A DNA stretch of 64,000 bases, from contig CAYNDV010000004.1 of NCBI GenBank assembly GCA_964396055.1, positions 9,284 to 73,283 of the forward strand, read 5' to 3'. Positions 50,999 to 58,738 of the stretch are shown here, one piece after another. Position numbers and translations under genes: made by a program. Under the pieces are notes generated by a model, which saw nothing but the letters and a program-made list of their open reading frames with translations, was not told where the DNA came from and searched no databases. Origin of the DNA: an uncultured Vicinamibacterales bacterium (GTDB taxonomy: Bacteria; Acidobacteriota; Vicinamibacteria; Vicinamibacterales; JAKQTR01). Within the stretch, counting starts at the first letter, position 1; the number at the start of each line of letters is the position of its first letter.

Positions 50999-51765
50999 CT
51001 GAACGGGACGTCCTCCGGGCGCTGATCGAGGAACTGGCCAACGTCGCCGCGGCCATGGTCGGCGGCGACGCCCGCGTCGAGCCCGGCACGGGCGAGCAGG
51101 CGGCTGTCCAGGTGCTGACCTTCGGCGTGACCGGGCCCGTGGAGGGCCATGCGGTGCTCGGGCTGCACACCGATGACGCCCGCATGCTGGCCGGGCTCGT
51201 CATGGGATTCGACGAGCCGCCCTCCGACGATGTCATCACCGACAGCCTGCAGGAAATGTCGCAGCAGGCGGCCAGCGCCGTGACCGTCAGCCTCGGCGCG
51301 CCGCTCAAGGTCGTCGTGGACGGCCCGGTGCACGTCTCGGCCGCCGTGCCGACCACGGCCGACTGGGCGACGCTCTCGGCCGGCAGCCTCACCTTGCGCG
51401 TGGCCATGTGGCACAGCCTGGCGCCCGCGCGCACCGCCGCGCCCAGGCCCGCGGCTGCCCCGTCGGCGCCCGCGCCCCAGGGCCGCCCGCCCGCCGCATC
51501 CGCCGGCAACCTGGATCTGATCCTCGACATCGAACTGCCCTTGTGGGTACGGTTCGGATCGACCGCCATGACGCTGCAGGCGCTCTGCAAGGTCGGGCCC
51601 GGGACCACGATCGACCTCGAGCGATCGCCGGACGACCCGGTGGACGTCATGGTCAACGACACCGTCATCGCCCGGGGCGAGGTGGTCGTCGTGGCGGGGA
51701 ATTACGGCGTGCGCGTGACCGAGGTCGTGAGCACGACGGACCGCATCCGGTCCATGGCCGGATAG
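50995..51765 (+). CDS. fliN: Flagellar motor switch protein FliN with a ~170-aa CheC-like N-terminal extension (FliY-like architecture, degenerate phosphatase motifs)
   Basis: GTG 50995 (GTGA overlap, GGGAG SD). The C-terminus NLDLILDIELPLWVRFGSTAMTLQALCKVGPGTTIDLERSPDDPVDVMVNDTVIARGEVVVVAGNYGVRVTEVV is a canonical FliN. The N-domain has ALIEELAN and DSLQEMSQ in place of D/S-x3-E-x2-N. Confidence 0.85.
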   Translation: MTERDVLRALIEELANVAAAMVGGDARVEPGTGEQAAVQVLTFGVTGPVEGHAVLGLHTDDARMLAGLVMGFDEPPSDDVITDSLQEMSQQAASAVTVSLGAPLKVVVDGPVHVSAAVPTTADWATLSAGSLTLRVAMWHSLAPARTAAPRPAAAPSAPAPQGRPPAASAGNLDLILDIELPLWVRFGSTAMTLQALCKVGPGTTIDLERSPDDPVDVMVNDTVIARGEVVVVAGNYGVRVTEVVSTTDRIRSMAG

Positions 51766-51784
51766 CCGAGGCTGAGGAGGCCGC

Positions 51785-52183
51785 GTGATCTACGTCGTCA
51801 CGGTGCTGATTGTCGTTGCCCTGGTGCAGAGCTGGCTGCTGTGGCGTCTGGTCCGCCTGATGGGGCAGATGGCGCGCTTCGACGAGCGCCTGACCCGCTG
51901 CACCCAGGGGCTGAACCTGCTGGTGGACACCACCGAAGCGGGATTCGCCATGCTCGGCGGGGAACTGGGGAAGGTCACGGCGGCGCCGCCGCCGCGCGCC
52001 GCCGGCAAGGGCACTACCAGACGCATCGTCAACGCCGCCAAGCGCGGGCGCTCGGTGCCCGAGATCGCCGCCCGCGAGGGGCTGTCGGAAGGCGAGGTGC
52101 GCCTGCGCATGCACCTGGCCGATACGCCGCCGGCCGACACGCCGGCCCGCCCGGGAGATCGCCGTGGTCCAGTGCGCCCGTAA
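51785..52183 (+). CDS. Membrane-anchored DUF2802-like protein with a C-terminal HTH-like tail
   Basis: An N-terminal TM helix (MIYVVTVLIVVALVQSWLLW) and a helical segment are followed by AAKRGRSVPEIAAREGLSEGEVRLRMHL. This resembles the C-terminal motif of DUF2802 proteins found in flagellar/chemotaxis loci. GTG start with a GAGGAGG SD. Confidence 0.5.
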   Translation: MIYVVTVLIVVALVQSWLLWRLVRLMGQMARFDERLTRCTQGLNLLVDTTEAGFAMLGGELGKVTAAPPPRAAGKGTTRRIVNAAKRGRSVPEIAAREGLSEGEVRLRMHLADTPPADTPARPGDRRGPVRP

Positions 52184-52973
52184 CGGCTGCCGCCGCCGCA
52201 TCCCCGACATCCTGGCGGCCTACACGCCGCTGGGCATGTCCATCGACGACCACTGGTACTGCTCGACGCGGTGCGTCGAAGAGGCCGTGCGCTGCCGCAT
52301 CCGGGACCTGCCGCCGGTGGAACCGGCCTACCAGCAGGGCTGGCGTTCGATGCGGCTGGGCTCCCTGTTGATCCAGCAGGCCGGCCTGTCGCGCGACACG
52401 GTCGAAGCCGCCCTGGCCGAGTTCGGCGGGGCGAACGTGCCGATCGGCCGCGCCCTGCGCGAACTGGGGCTCGTGTCGGCCGAAGACGTGCTGCGCGCCC
52501 TCGCCACCCAGGCCGGCGTCCGCTACCTGGCTGCGGTCAACCCGCAGGTGGTGGCCCACCGGCCCGGCGAGTTGCCGCGGGACGTCGTGCGCGCCCTCGG
52601 GATCGTGCCGCTTGCCGCCGATGCCCGCAAACGCGAGATGCAGGTGGCCTGTGCCGCGCCCGTGCCCGGCCTGGCCGTGCGCGCCCTGACGCGGCTCACC
52701 GCCTGGTCGGTCGAACCGCTCCTGGTCGCCGACGAGGTGTTGCCGCACCTGGTGGAACTCTACGCGTCGGCCCGCCACCCGCGGGCGGTGCCCGTCGGGG
52801 CCGTTTGCGACCCGCGGTCCGGCCCGGCGCGCGTCGCGCAGTTCGCAAAGCGACGCCGCGCCGTCCGGATGGTGCACGAGCGCTGCGACCCGTACGTGTG
52901 GGTCCGCCTGGACGGCAACGGATCGACAGCCGACGTCCTGATGATGATGCCCGAGCCCGGGAGGGGGTACTGA
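52164..52973 (+). CDS. Zn-ribbon-like + T2SSE_N/MshEN-like domain protein encoded inside the flagellar operon
   Basis: The N-terminus has CARNGC...(x32)...CSTRC, four Cys residues. This is followed by RLGSLLIQQAGLSRDTVEAALAEF-GGANV-PIGRALRELGLVSAEDVLRALATQAGVRYL...LPRDVVRALGIVPLAADARKREMQVACAAP, which has the layout of a GspE/MshE N-terminal domain. GTG start, overlapping the previous gene by 20 nt. Confidence 0.6.
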   Translation: MVQCARNGCRRRIPDILAAYTPLGMSIDDHWYCSTRCVEEAVRCRIRDLPPVEPAYQQGWRSMRLGSLLIQQAGLSRDTVEAALAEFGGANVPIGRALRELGLVSAEDVLRALATQAGVRYLAAVNPQVVAHRPGELPRDVVRALGIVPLAADARKREMQVACAAPVPGLAVRALTRLTAWSVEPLLVADEVLPHLVELYASARHPRAVPVGAVCDPRSGPARVAQFAKRRRAVRMVHERCDPYVWVRLDGNGSTADVLMMMPEPGRGY

Positions 52974-53698
52974 TGGCCGGAGGGATCTACTCGGCGCTCA
53001 GCGGACTGCAGTCGAACACCGCGCGGCTGGATCGCCTGGCGACGGACATCGCCAACGCGGGCACCACCGGCTACCGGTCCGAACGTTCGGCCATGCAGCA
53101 GGCCGACCGGCCCAATTTCTCCGACATGCTCGACTCGGCCGTCGATGTCGCGCTGGCGCCGTCCTCGTCGGACTTCCGGACCGGCGCCATCGCGCCAACG
53201 GGCCGCGACCTGGACGTGGCGGTGGAGGGCGACGGATTCTTCGCCGTGCAGACCTCCGCTGGCGTCCGCTACACCCGCAACGGCCACTTCACACGCTCGG
53301 GTGACGGAATCCTGACCGCCACGGACGGCAGCACGGTCCTCGGGACCGACGGCAAGCCCATCAAGATGGCGTCGGGCGAGGTCGAGATCGAGCCCGACGG
53401 CACGATCAAGGCCGGCGGCGTCAGCGCCGGGCGCCTCCAGGTGGTGACCTTCGCCGATCCGTCGAAGCTCGTACGCGGGGATGGCGTGCGTTTCCGGGCC
53501 CCTGAGGGCGTGACGGCGCAGCCGGCCGAGGACATGCGGGTGAAGGCCGGCGCGCTCGAGCAGGCCAACGTCACCCTGCCCGAACGGATGGCACAGTTGG
53601 TGCAGTTGTCACGAGGGTTCGAAGCGCTGCAGCGCGGGCTGTCGGTGCTGACCAACGAGATCGACGGCCGGGCCATCGTGGAGCTGGGCCGTCGCTGA
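52973..53698 (+). CDS. flgF: Flagellar basal-body rod protein FlgF
   Basis: Trimmed to MAGGIYSALSGLQSNTARLDRLATDIANAGTTGYRS (ATG 52973, GGGAGGGGG SD). GFFAVQTSAGVRYTRNGHF is present, and the C-terminus is VQLSRGFEALQRGLSVL. Confidence 0.88.
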   Translation: MAGGIYSALSGLQSNTARLDRLATDIANAGTTGYRSERSAMQQADRPNFSDMLDSAVDVALAPSSSDFRTGAIAPTGRDLDVAVEGDGFFAVQTSAGVRYTRNGHFTRSGDGILTATDGSTVLGTDGKPIKMASGEVEIEPDGTIKAGGVSAGRLQVVTFADPSKLVRGDGVRFRAPEGVTAQPAEDMRVKAGALEQANVTLPERMAQLVQLSRGFEALQRGLSVLTNEIDGRAIVELGRR

Positions 53699-53724
53699 CG
53701 GCAGCGGGGCAGGAGAACGGAACG

Positions 53725-54513
53725 ATGATCAGGGCGCTCTACACGGCGGCCAGCGGGATGTCGGCCCAGCAGGCCAACATCGACAACGTCGCGCACAACC
53801 TCGCCAACGTGAACACCACCGGCTTCAAGAAGAGCCGCATGGAGTTCGAGGACCTGGTGTACCAGCAGGCCAAGGCCGCCGGCAGCCCCACGTCCACCAG
53901 CGGCGAGGCGCCCATCGGCCTCGAAATCGGCCTCGGCACCAAGCCCGTGGCCACCGCCCGCGACTTCAGCACGGGCAACCTGCGATCGACCAGCAATCCC
54001 CTCGACCTCGCCGTCGAGGGCCGCGGCTTCTTCCAGGTGTCGCTGCCCGACGGCAGCCTGGCCTACACCCGCTCGGGGTCCCTGCACCTCGACGCGCAGG
54101 GCAACCTCGTCACCGCCGAGGGCTACCCGCTCGATCCGCAGATCACGATTCCGCCCAACGCCACCGCCGTGACGATCGCCAGGACCGGCATCGTCTCGGT
54201 GTCGATGCCCGGACAGTCGGCGCCGCAGGAAGTGGGCACGCTCGAGCTGGCGAGCTTCCAGAATCCCGCGGGGCTCGAGGGCCTCGGCGCGAACCTCTTT
54301 GCCGTCACCACCGCCTCGGGCGAACCCACGACGGGCGTGCCCGGCTCGGACGGCATGGGCACCCTGGCCCAGGGCTTCCTCGAAGAGTCCAACGTGAGCG
54401 TGGTCGAGGAGATGGTCAACATGATCCTCGGCCAGCGCGCCTACGAAGCGAACTCCCGCGTCGTGAAGGCCGCCGATGAAATGCTGCAGCAGGTCAATCA
54501 GCTGGCGCGGTAG
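53725..54513 (+). CDS. flgG: Flagellar distal rod protein FlgG
   Basis: MIRALYTAASGMSAQQANIDNVAHNLANVNTTGFKKSR...VEEMVNMILGQRAYEANSRVVKAADEMLQQVNQL. Confidence 0.95.
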   Translation: MIRALYTAASGMSAQQANIDNVAHNLANVNTTGFKKSRMEFEDLVYQQAKAAGSPTSTSGEAPIGLEIGLGTKPVATARDFSTGNLRSTSNPLDLAVEGRGFFQVSLPDGSLAYTRSGSLHLDAQGNLVTAEGYPLDPQITIPPNATAVTIARTGIVSVSMPGQSAPQEVGTLELASFQNPAGLEGLGANLFAVTTASGEPTTGVPGSDGMGTLAQGFLEESNVSVVEEMVNMILGQRAYEANSRVVKAADEMLQQVNQLAR

Positions 54514-54523
54514 CGCGCGGCTC

Positions 54524-55201
54524 GTGACGGCTGCCGTCCTGCTGCTGGCCTGGGCCGCAGGCGCCGCCGCCGACGAGGCGTCCGTGCGCGCCGCCATCCT
54601 GCAGGCCGTGCAGGCCCGCATGGGGACGACGGCCGAGGTGCGGCTCGACGACCTGCGCGTGGACGTGCCCGCGGGCGCCGTGTCCATCACGGCCAGCCCC
54701 GAGCCGGGATCGCGCTGCGGCCGGCCGGTCCGCTTCGCGCTGATCGCGCCCCGGTCCGACGGCAAGCCCGGCGTCCGGCGGATCGGCTCGGCGGTGGCGG
54801 TCGTCCACGTCGCCGTCGCGCACGCCCGCGTGGCCCGCGTGGTCCCGAGAGGCACGACGATGGGCGGCGCGGACCTGGTCGAGAGCCGCGAGGATGTCGG
54901 CGTCATGCCGCTCACGCGGCCGATGACCGTCGAGGACGCCGCCGGCGGCCGGGCGGCCCGCGACCTGGTGCCCGGCGAGGTCGTCACGCCCGCCCTGGTG
55001 CGCCCGCAGCCGGCCGTTCGCAGCGGTGACGAAGTGGTCGTGACGGTGCTCGTCGGCAACGTGACGGTCACCGGGAAGGCCGTCGCGCAGCAGAGCGGCC
55101 ACCGCAACGACCGTATCAAGCTGATCAATCCGGACAGCCGCCGCACCCTGGTCGGGCGCGTGACCGCGCCCGGCCGTGTCGAGGTCATCCATGGATCGTA
55201 A
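54524..55201 (+). CDS. flgA: Flagellar P-ring assembly chaperone FlgA
   Basis: A signal-peptide-like VTAAVLLLAWAAGAAA is followed by the SAF-domain-like LVPGEVVTPALVRPQPAVRSGDEVVVTVLVGNVTVTGKAVAQQSGHRNDRIKLINPDSRRTLVGRV. The start (GTG 54524) is uncertain. Confidence 0.75.
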   Translation: MTAAVLLLAWAAGAAADEASVRAAILQAVQARMGTTAEVRLDDLRVDVPAGAVSITASPEPGSRCGRPVRFALIAPRSDGKPGVRRIGSAVAVVHVAVAHARVARVVPRGTTMGGADLVESREDVGVMPLTRPMTVEDAAGGRAARDLVPGEVVTPALVRPQPAVRSGDEVVVTVLVGNVTVTGKAVAQQSGHRNDRIKLINPDSRRTLVGRVTAPGRVEVIHGS

Positions 55202-55886
55202 GTGCCGTGCGTCCGCCGCCCGCCTGGCCGCCGCCGTTGTCCTGGCGTGGACGACGGCTGCCGCCGCGCAGGAGCCGATTCCGAGCAAGAACGCCTACGA
55301 GACGCTGTACCCGCGCTACCTGCAGGCCGCGCGCGAAATGGCCGCGGCCGATACCAACTCGATCCGGTGGATGACCGGGCTCGGCGCCGACCGCCGCGCG
55401 CGCGAGGTGAACGACCTCGTCACCATCCGCGTGCTGGAGAACATCGTCGCCGAGGGCTCGGCCGACACCGCGCTGAACAAGGAGGGCAGCTCGTTCGGGG
55501 CGCTCACCAAGTTCTTCGGGCTCGAGACCAAGCTGCCGGACTTCATGGATCCGACGGCGCTCATCGACACCGCGAGCAAGACCGACTTCAAGGGCGGCGG
55601 CACGACCAACCGCACCGGCCTGCTGATGGCCACCATCACCGCGCGCGTCGTGGAGGTGCTGCCGAACGGCGACCTCGTCCTCGAGGGCGTTCGCGAGGTG
55701 GACATCAACGGCGACCGCCAGATCATCGTGCTCACGGGCGTCGTCCGCACGGCGGACGTGCTGCCCGACAACTCGGTGCTGTCGCCCAAGGTCGGGCAGT
55801 TCCGCATCCGCTATTTCGGGCAGGGCCTCATCAAGGACAACCTGAAGCCCGGCTGGCTCGTGCGTGTCCTGAACAAGATCTTCTGA
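55191..55886 (+). CDS. flgH: Flagellar L-ring protein FlgH (no lipobox cysteine visible)
   Basis: ATG 55191 with a GAGG SD. REVNDLVTIRVLENIVAEGSADT...GDLVLEGVREVDINGDRQIIVLTGVVRTADVLPDNSVLSPKVGQFRIRYFGQG is present. The signal peptide ends AAAAQEP without an L-x-x-C motif. Confidence 0.88.
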   Translation: MDRKCRASAARLAAAVVLAWTTAAAAQEPIPSKNAYETLYPRYLQAAREMAAADTNSIRWMTGLGADRRAREVNDLVTIRVLENIVAEGSADTALNKEGSSFGALTKFFGLETKLPDFMDPTALIDTASKTDFKGGGTTNRTGLLMATITARVVEVLPNGDLVLEGVREVDINGDRQIIVLTGVVRTADVLPDNSVLSPKVGQFRIRYFGQGLIKDNLKPGWLVRVLNKIF

Positions 55887-55899
55887 GGACGACCGACAC

Positions 55900-57018
55900 A
55901 TGACCCGCTCACGATTCGCCCTCTGGTTGGTGGTATTCCTGGCTGTCGCCACCGCGGCGCCCCTCGCGGCGGGGCCCGGCACGGTACGGATCAAGGACGT
56001 GGCCAGCCTCCAGGGCGTGCAGGCGACGCCGCTCATCGGGTACGGCCTCGTCGTCGGGCTGAACAAGACCGGCGATCGGCGTCAGACGCTGTTCTCGGCC
56101 CAGACGCTGGCCAACATGCTCGAACGTTTCGGCGTCTCCGTGCCGGGCGAACGCATCAAGGTCGAGAACGTGGCCGCCGTCCTGGTGACGGCCGAGCTTC
56201 CGCCCTTCGTCCGCAACGGCGTGCGCATCGACGTCACCGTGTCGTCGGCCGGCGACGCCCGCAGCCTCCAGGGCGGCACGCTGCTCGCCACCCCGCTGCG
56301 CGGGCCCGACGGGTCGGTGTTCGTGCTGGCGCAGGGACCGCTGTCGATTGGCGGCTTCGGCGGGGGCTCCGGGGGCAACTCGGTGCAGGTGAACCACCTG
56401 ACGGCCGGGCGCGTGCCCGCAGGGGGGCTCGTCCAGGTGACCTCGCGTGTCCAGCTTCCCGTGGCCCGCGAAGTCTCGCTGGCGCTGCGCGAGCCGGACT
56501 TCGTGAGCGCCCGCCGGATCAGCGAGGCCATCAATGCCGAGATCGGCACGCCCGTCGCCCGGGCCGTCGATGCCGCCACCGTGGTAGTGCGGGTGCCCGA
56601 CGCCTACGTGGACGCGCTCCCCGAACTCATGGCGCGCCTCGAGCCTCTGGACGTCGCGATGGATGTCACCGCCCGCGTCGTGATCAACGAACGCACGGGC
56701 ACCGTGGTCGTCGGCTCGCACGTGCGCCTCGGGGCCGCGGCGGTCGCCCACGGGAACCTGTCGGTCCGGATCCGGACCCGATACGACGTGTCGCAGCCTG
56801 CGCCGTTCGCGGAGCGCGGCGAGACCAAAGTGGTGCCCCAGCAGGACGTGGACGTCGAAGAAGGCGAGAACAAGCTGGTGGCGTTCGAGGAAGGCGCCAC
56901 CCTGGATGCCGTCGTCAAGGCGCTGAACGCCCTCGGCGCGACGCCCCGGGACATCATCGCCATCATGCAGGCGCTCAAGGCCGCCGGCGCACTCCAGGCC
57001 GAGCTGGTCATCCTCTAG
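55900..57018 (+). CDS. flgI: Flagellar P-ring protein FlgI
   Basis: Signal peptide, then RIKDVASLQGVQATPLIGYGLVVGLNKTGD...TLDAVVKALNALGATPRDIIAIMQALKAAGALQAELVIL. Confidence 0.95.
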   Translation: MTRSRFALWLVVFLAVATAAPLAAGPGTVRIKDVASLQGVQATPLIGYGLVVGLNKTGDRRQTLFSAQTLANMLERFGVSVPGERIKVENVAAVLVTAELPPFVRNGVRIDVTVSSAGDARSLQGGTLLATPLRGPDGSVFVLAQGPLSIGGFGGGSGGNSVQVNHLTAGRVPAGGLVQVTSRVQLPVAREVSLALREPDFVSARRISEAINAEIGTPVARAVDAATVVVRVPDAYVDALPELMARLEPLDVAMDVTARVVINERTGTVVVGSHVRLGAAAVAHGNLSVRIRTRYDVSQPAPFAERGETKVVPQQDVDVEEGENKLVAFEEGATLDAVVKALNALGATPRDIIAIMQALKAAGALQAELVIL

Positions 57019-57035
57019 GCGAACAGAACGGGAAG

Positions 57036-57965
57036 GTGGATGCCGTGTCGGTGGACCGACTCCTCGCCTCGCCAGTGTCGATTTCCGGACCATCGCAGGT
57101 CGGCCGGGACCGCGAGGGACTGGAGCAACTGCGCGGCGAAGAACTGGCCCGGGAGTTCGAATCGATGCTGCTCCTGCAGATGCTCAGGCAGATGCGGCAG
57201 TCGATCCGGGACGGGTCCGAGGGCGAAGAGGGCCTGTCGGCCGACACGATGCTCGACACGGTAGATGCCGAACTGGCGCGCCAGCTCAGTCAGGCGGGAG
57301 GCCTGGGCCTGGCCGACATGATGGCCAAGGCGATCCGGACGCAGGCCGAGGCGAGGAACGCTGCAGCCAGCGGCCCTGTGTCGGCACCGGCTTCATCGTC
57401 TCAAATGACTGTGGAACAGGCATTTAGCCATGGTCACACAGCCGTAGCCAGGACCACCGTTCCCCTGGCTGGCCAGGCGGAGACCGGCGTCGAGGCGACC
57501 AAGGTGACGTCTGAGTTCGGCTGGCGTAACGACCCCTTCACCGGGGCCCTTCGTTACCACCGGGGCATCGACTTCAAGGCCGCGTATGGCGAGGGCGTGC
57601 CCGCTGCCGGCGACGGCCGTGTCGTGGAGGCGGCCGACAACGGCGCCTACGGCCTCACCGTAGTGGTGGAACACACAAACGGGATGAAGACCCGCTACGC
57701 GCACCTGTCGGCGATGGGGGTTGGCGTGGGGGATCGGGTCTTGCAGGGACAGGAGATCGGGCGCGTCGGTCAGTCCGGACGCGCGACGGGGCCGCACCTG
57801 CACTTCGAGGTCATTCAGGATGGGCGGCGCGTCGACCCCTCGATGGTCGTCGCGCTTCGAGGTTCGGGACTGGGCGGGTTAAAGTTGGCAGGCACGGCTG
57901 CCGATTTCCCCACTGGCGGGCGTACGTCCGCGCCTGCCATTTCAGGAGTCGACGATGAAGATTGA
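57036..57965 (+). CDS. flgJ: FlgJ-like protein: rod-binding domain fused to an M23 (LytM) peptidase instead of a muramidase
   Basis: The rod-binding motif is LAREFESMLLLQMLRQMRQS. The M23 motifs are YHRGIDF (HxxxD) and GPHLHFEV (HxH). The start is GTG 57036 or GTG 57045. Confidence 0.8.
   Translation: MDAVSVDRLLASPVSISGPSQVGRDREGLEQLRGEELAREFESMLLLQMLRQMRQSIRDGSEGEEGLSADTMLDTVDAELARQLSQAGGLGLADMMAKAIRTQAEARNAAASGPVSAPASSSQMTVEQAFSHGHTAVARTTVPLAGQAETGVEATKVTSEFGWRNDPFTGALRYHRGIDFKAAYGEGVPAAGDGRVVEAADNGAYGLTVVVEHTNGMKTRYAHLSAMGVGVGDRVLQGQEIGRVGQSGRATGPHLHFEVIQDGRRVDPSMVVALRGSGLGGLKLAGTAADFPTGGRTSAPAISGVDDED
57880..57907 (+). promoter_or_regulatory. Candidate sigma28 promoter for flgM, internal to the flgJ 3' end
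   Basis: TAAAGTTG-N12-GCCGATTT, against the consensus TAAAGTTT-N11-GCCGATAA; the spacer is one nt long. It lies ~48 nt upstream of the flgM ATG. Confidence 0.45.
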
Positions 57966-58248
57966 GGGTAACCGACCCAACCTCGAATCCGTCGCCGCCC
58001 AGCGAGCGGACCGCGTCACCATCGGGCGGGGCAAGACCCCGGCCGGCGTATCCTCGGCCCAGGGTACCGACAGGGTCCAGGTGTCTGACAGCGCAGCGCT
58101 GGCGGCTTCGGCCCGCCGGGCGGCTGACCAGGCCCCGGACATCCGCCGGGACCTCGTTGAGAAGATGCGGGCGAAGCTGGCGGCGGGCGAAGTGGGTTCG
58201 GATGCGGAGCGGCTGGCCGATCGGATGATCGACCACATGCTCGGCTGA
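57955..58248 (+). CDS. flgM: Anti-sigma28 factor FlgM
   Basis: 97 aa. DRVQVSDSAALAASARRAADQAPDIRRDLVEKMRAKLAAGEVGSDAERLADRMI matches the FlgM C-terminal pattern. Confidence 0.85.
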   Translation: MKIEGNRPNLESVAAQRADRVTIGRGKTPAGVSSAQGTDRVQVSDSAALAASARRAADQAPDIRRDLVEKMRAKLAAGEVGSDAERLADRMIDHMLG

Positions 58249-58372
58249 TCGCCCCTTCCCGCCACCTGGCGCGGCGCGGCGCGTGAAGACCGGCTCCTCC
58301 CCGGGGCCGGCGCGCACCGTTGCCGGCGCGACTCTCGCCCAGAAAGGGACCGGCACGTCCGGTCGACGAACG

Positions 58373-58738
58373 ATGACGACCACCGACCGCGATCCGCGGC
58401 CGCACCCGGCCGCCCTGCGCCTGCGTGAGGCGCTCGAGACGCTCGCCGGCGCGCTGGCCACCGTGCAGCTCGACCCGCTGCTGGCTTCGGAGGCGACGCT
58501 GGCCCAGGCCCTGTCGGCGAGCGGGCACCCGGCGCCGGACGGCGCCTGGGACCGCGCGGCGACCGCCCGGGAACTGGCGGCGGCGCGCGCCACGCTGACG
58601 CGCTGCCGGCGGCTCGGCGCCACGCTCAACGATGTCATCCGGCTCTCGCTGGCGGCCCAGGGCCGTGCGAGCGGCTACGGCCGTCCAACCGATCTGCAGG
58701 GGAACGTGCCGGTGCACTCCCTGGAGGCGAACGCGTAG
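58373..58738 (+). CDS. FlgN-like helical export chaperone (assignment by position and composition)
   Basis: Trimmed to MTTTDRDPRPHPAALRLREALETLAGALATVQLDPLL. It is all-helical, 121 aa, lies between flgM and flgK, and its stop overlaps the flgK GTG. Confidence 0.4.
   Translation: MTTTDRDPRPHPAALRLREALETLAGALATVQLDPLLASEATLAQALSASGHPAPDGAWDRAATARELAAARATLTRCRRLGATLNDVIRLSLAAQGRASGYGRPTDLQGNVPVHSLEANA

Noticed and set aside
58296-58318. A sigma54-like sequence, CGGCGCGCACCGTTGCC, upstream of the flgN-like gene.
   Set aside because: The GG to GC spacing is 11 rather than 10 nt. In GC-rich DNA such near-matches are expected by chance.
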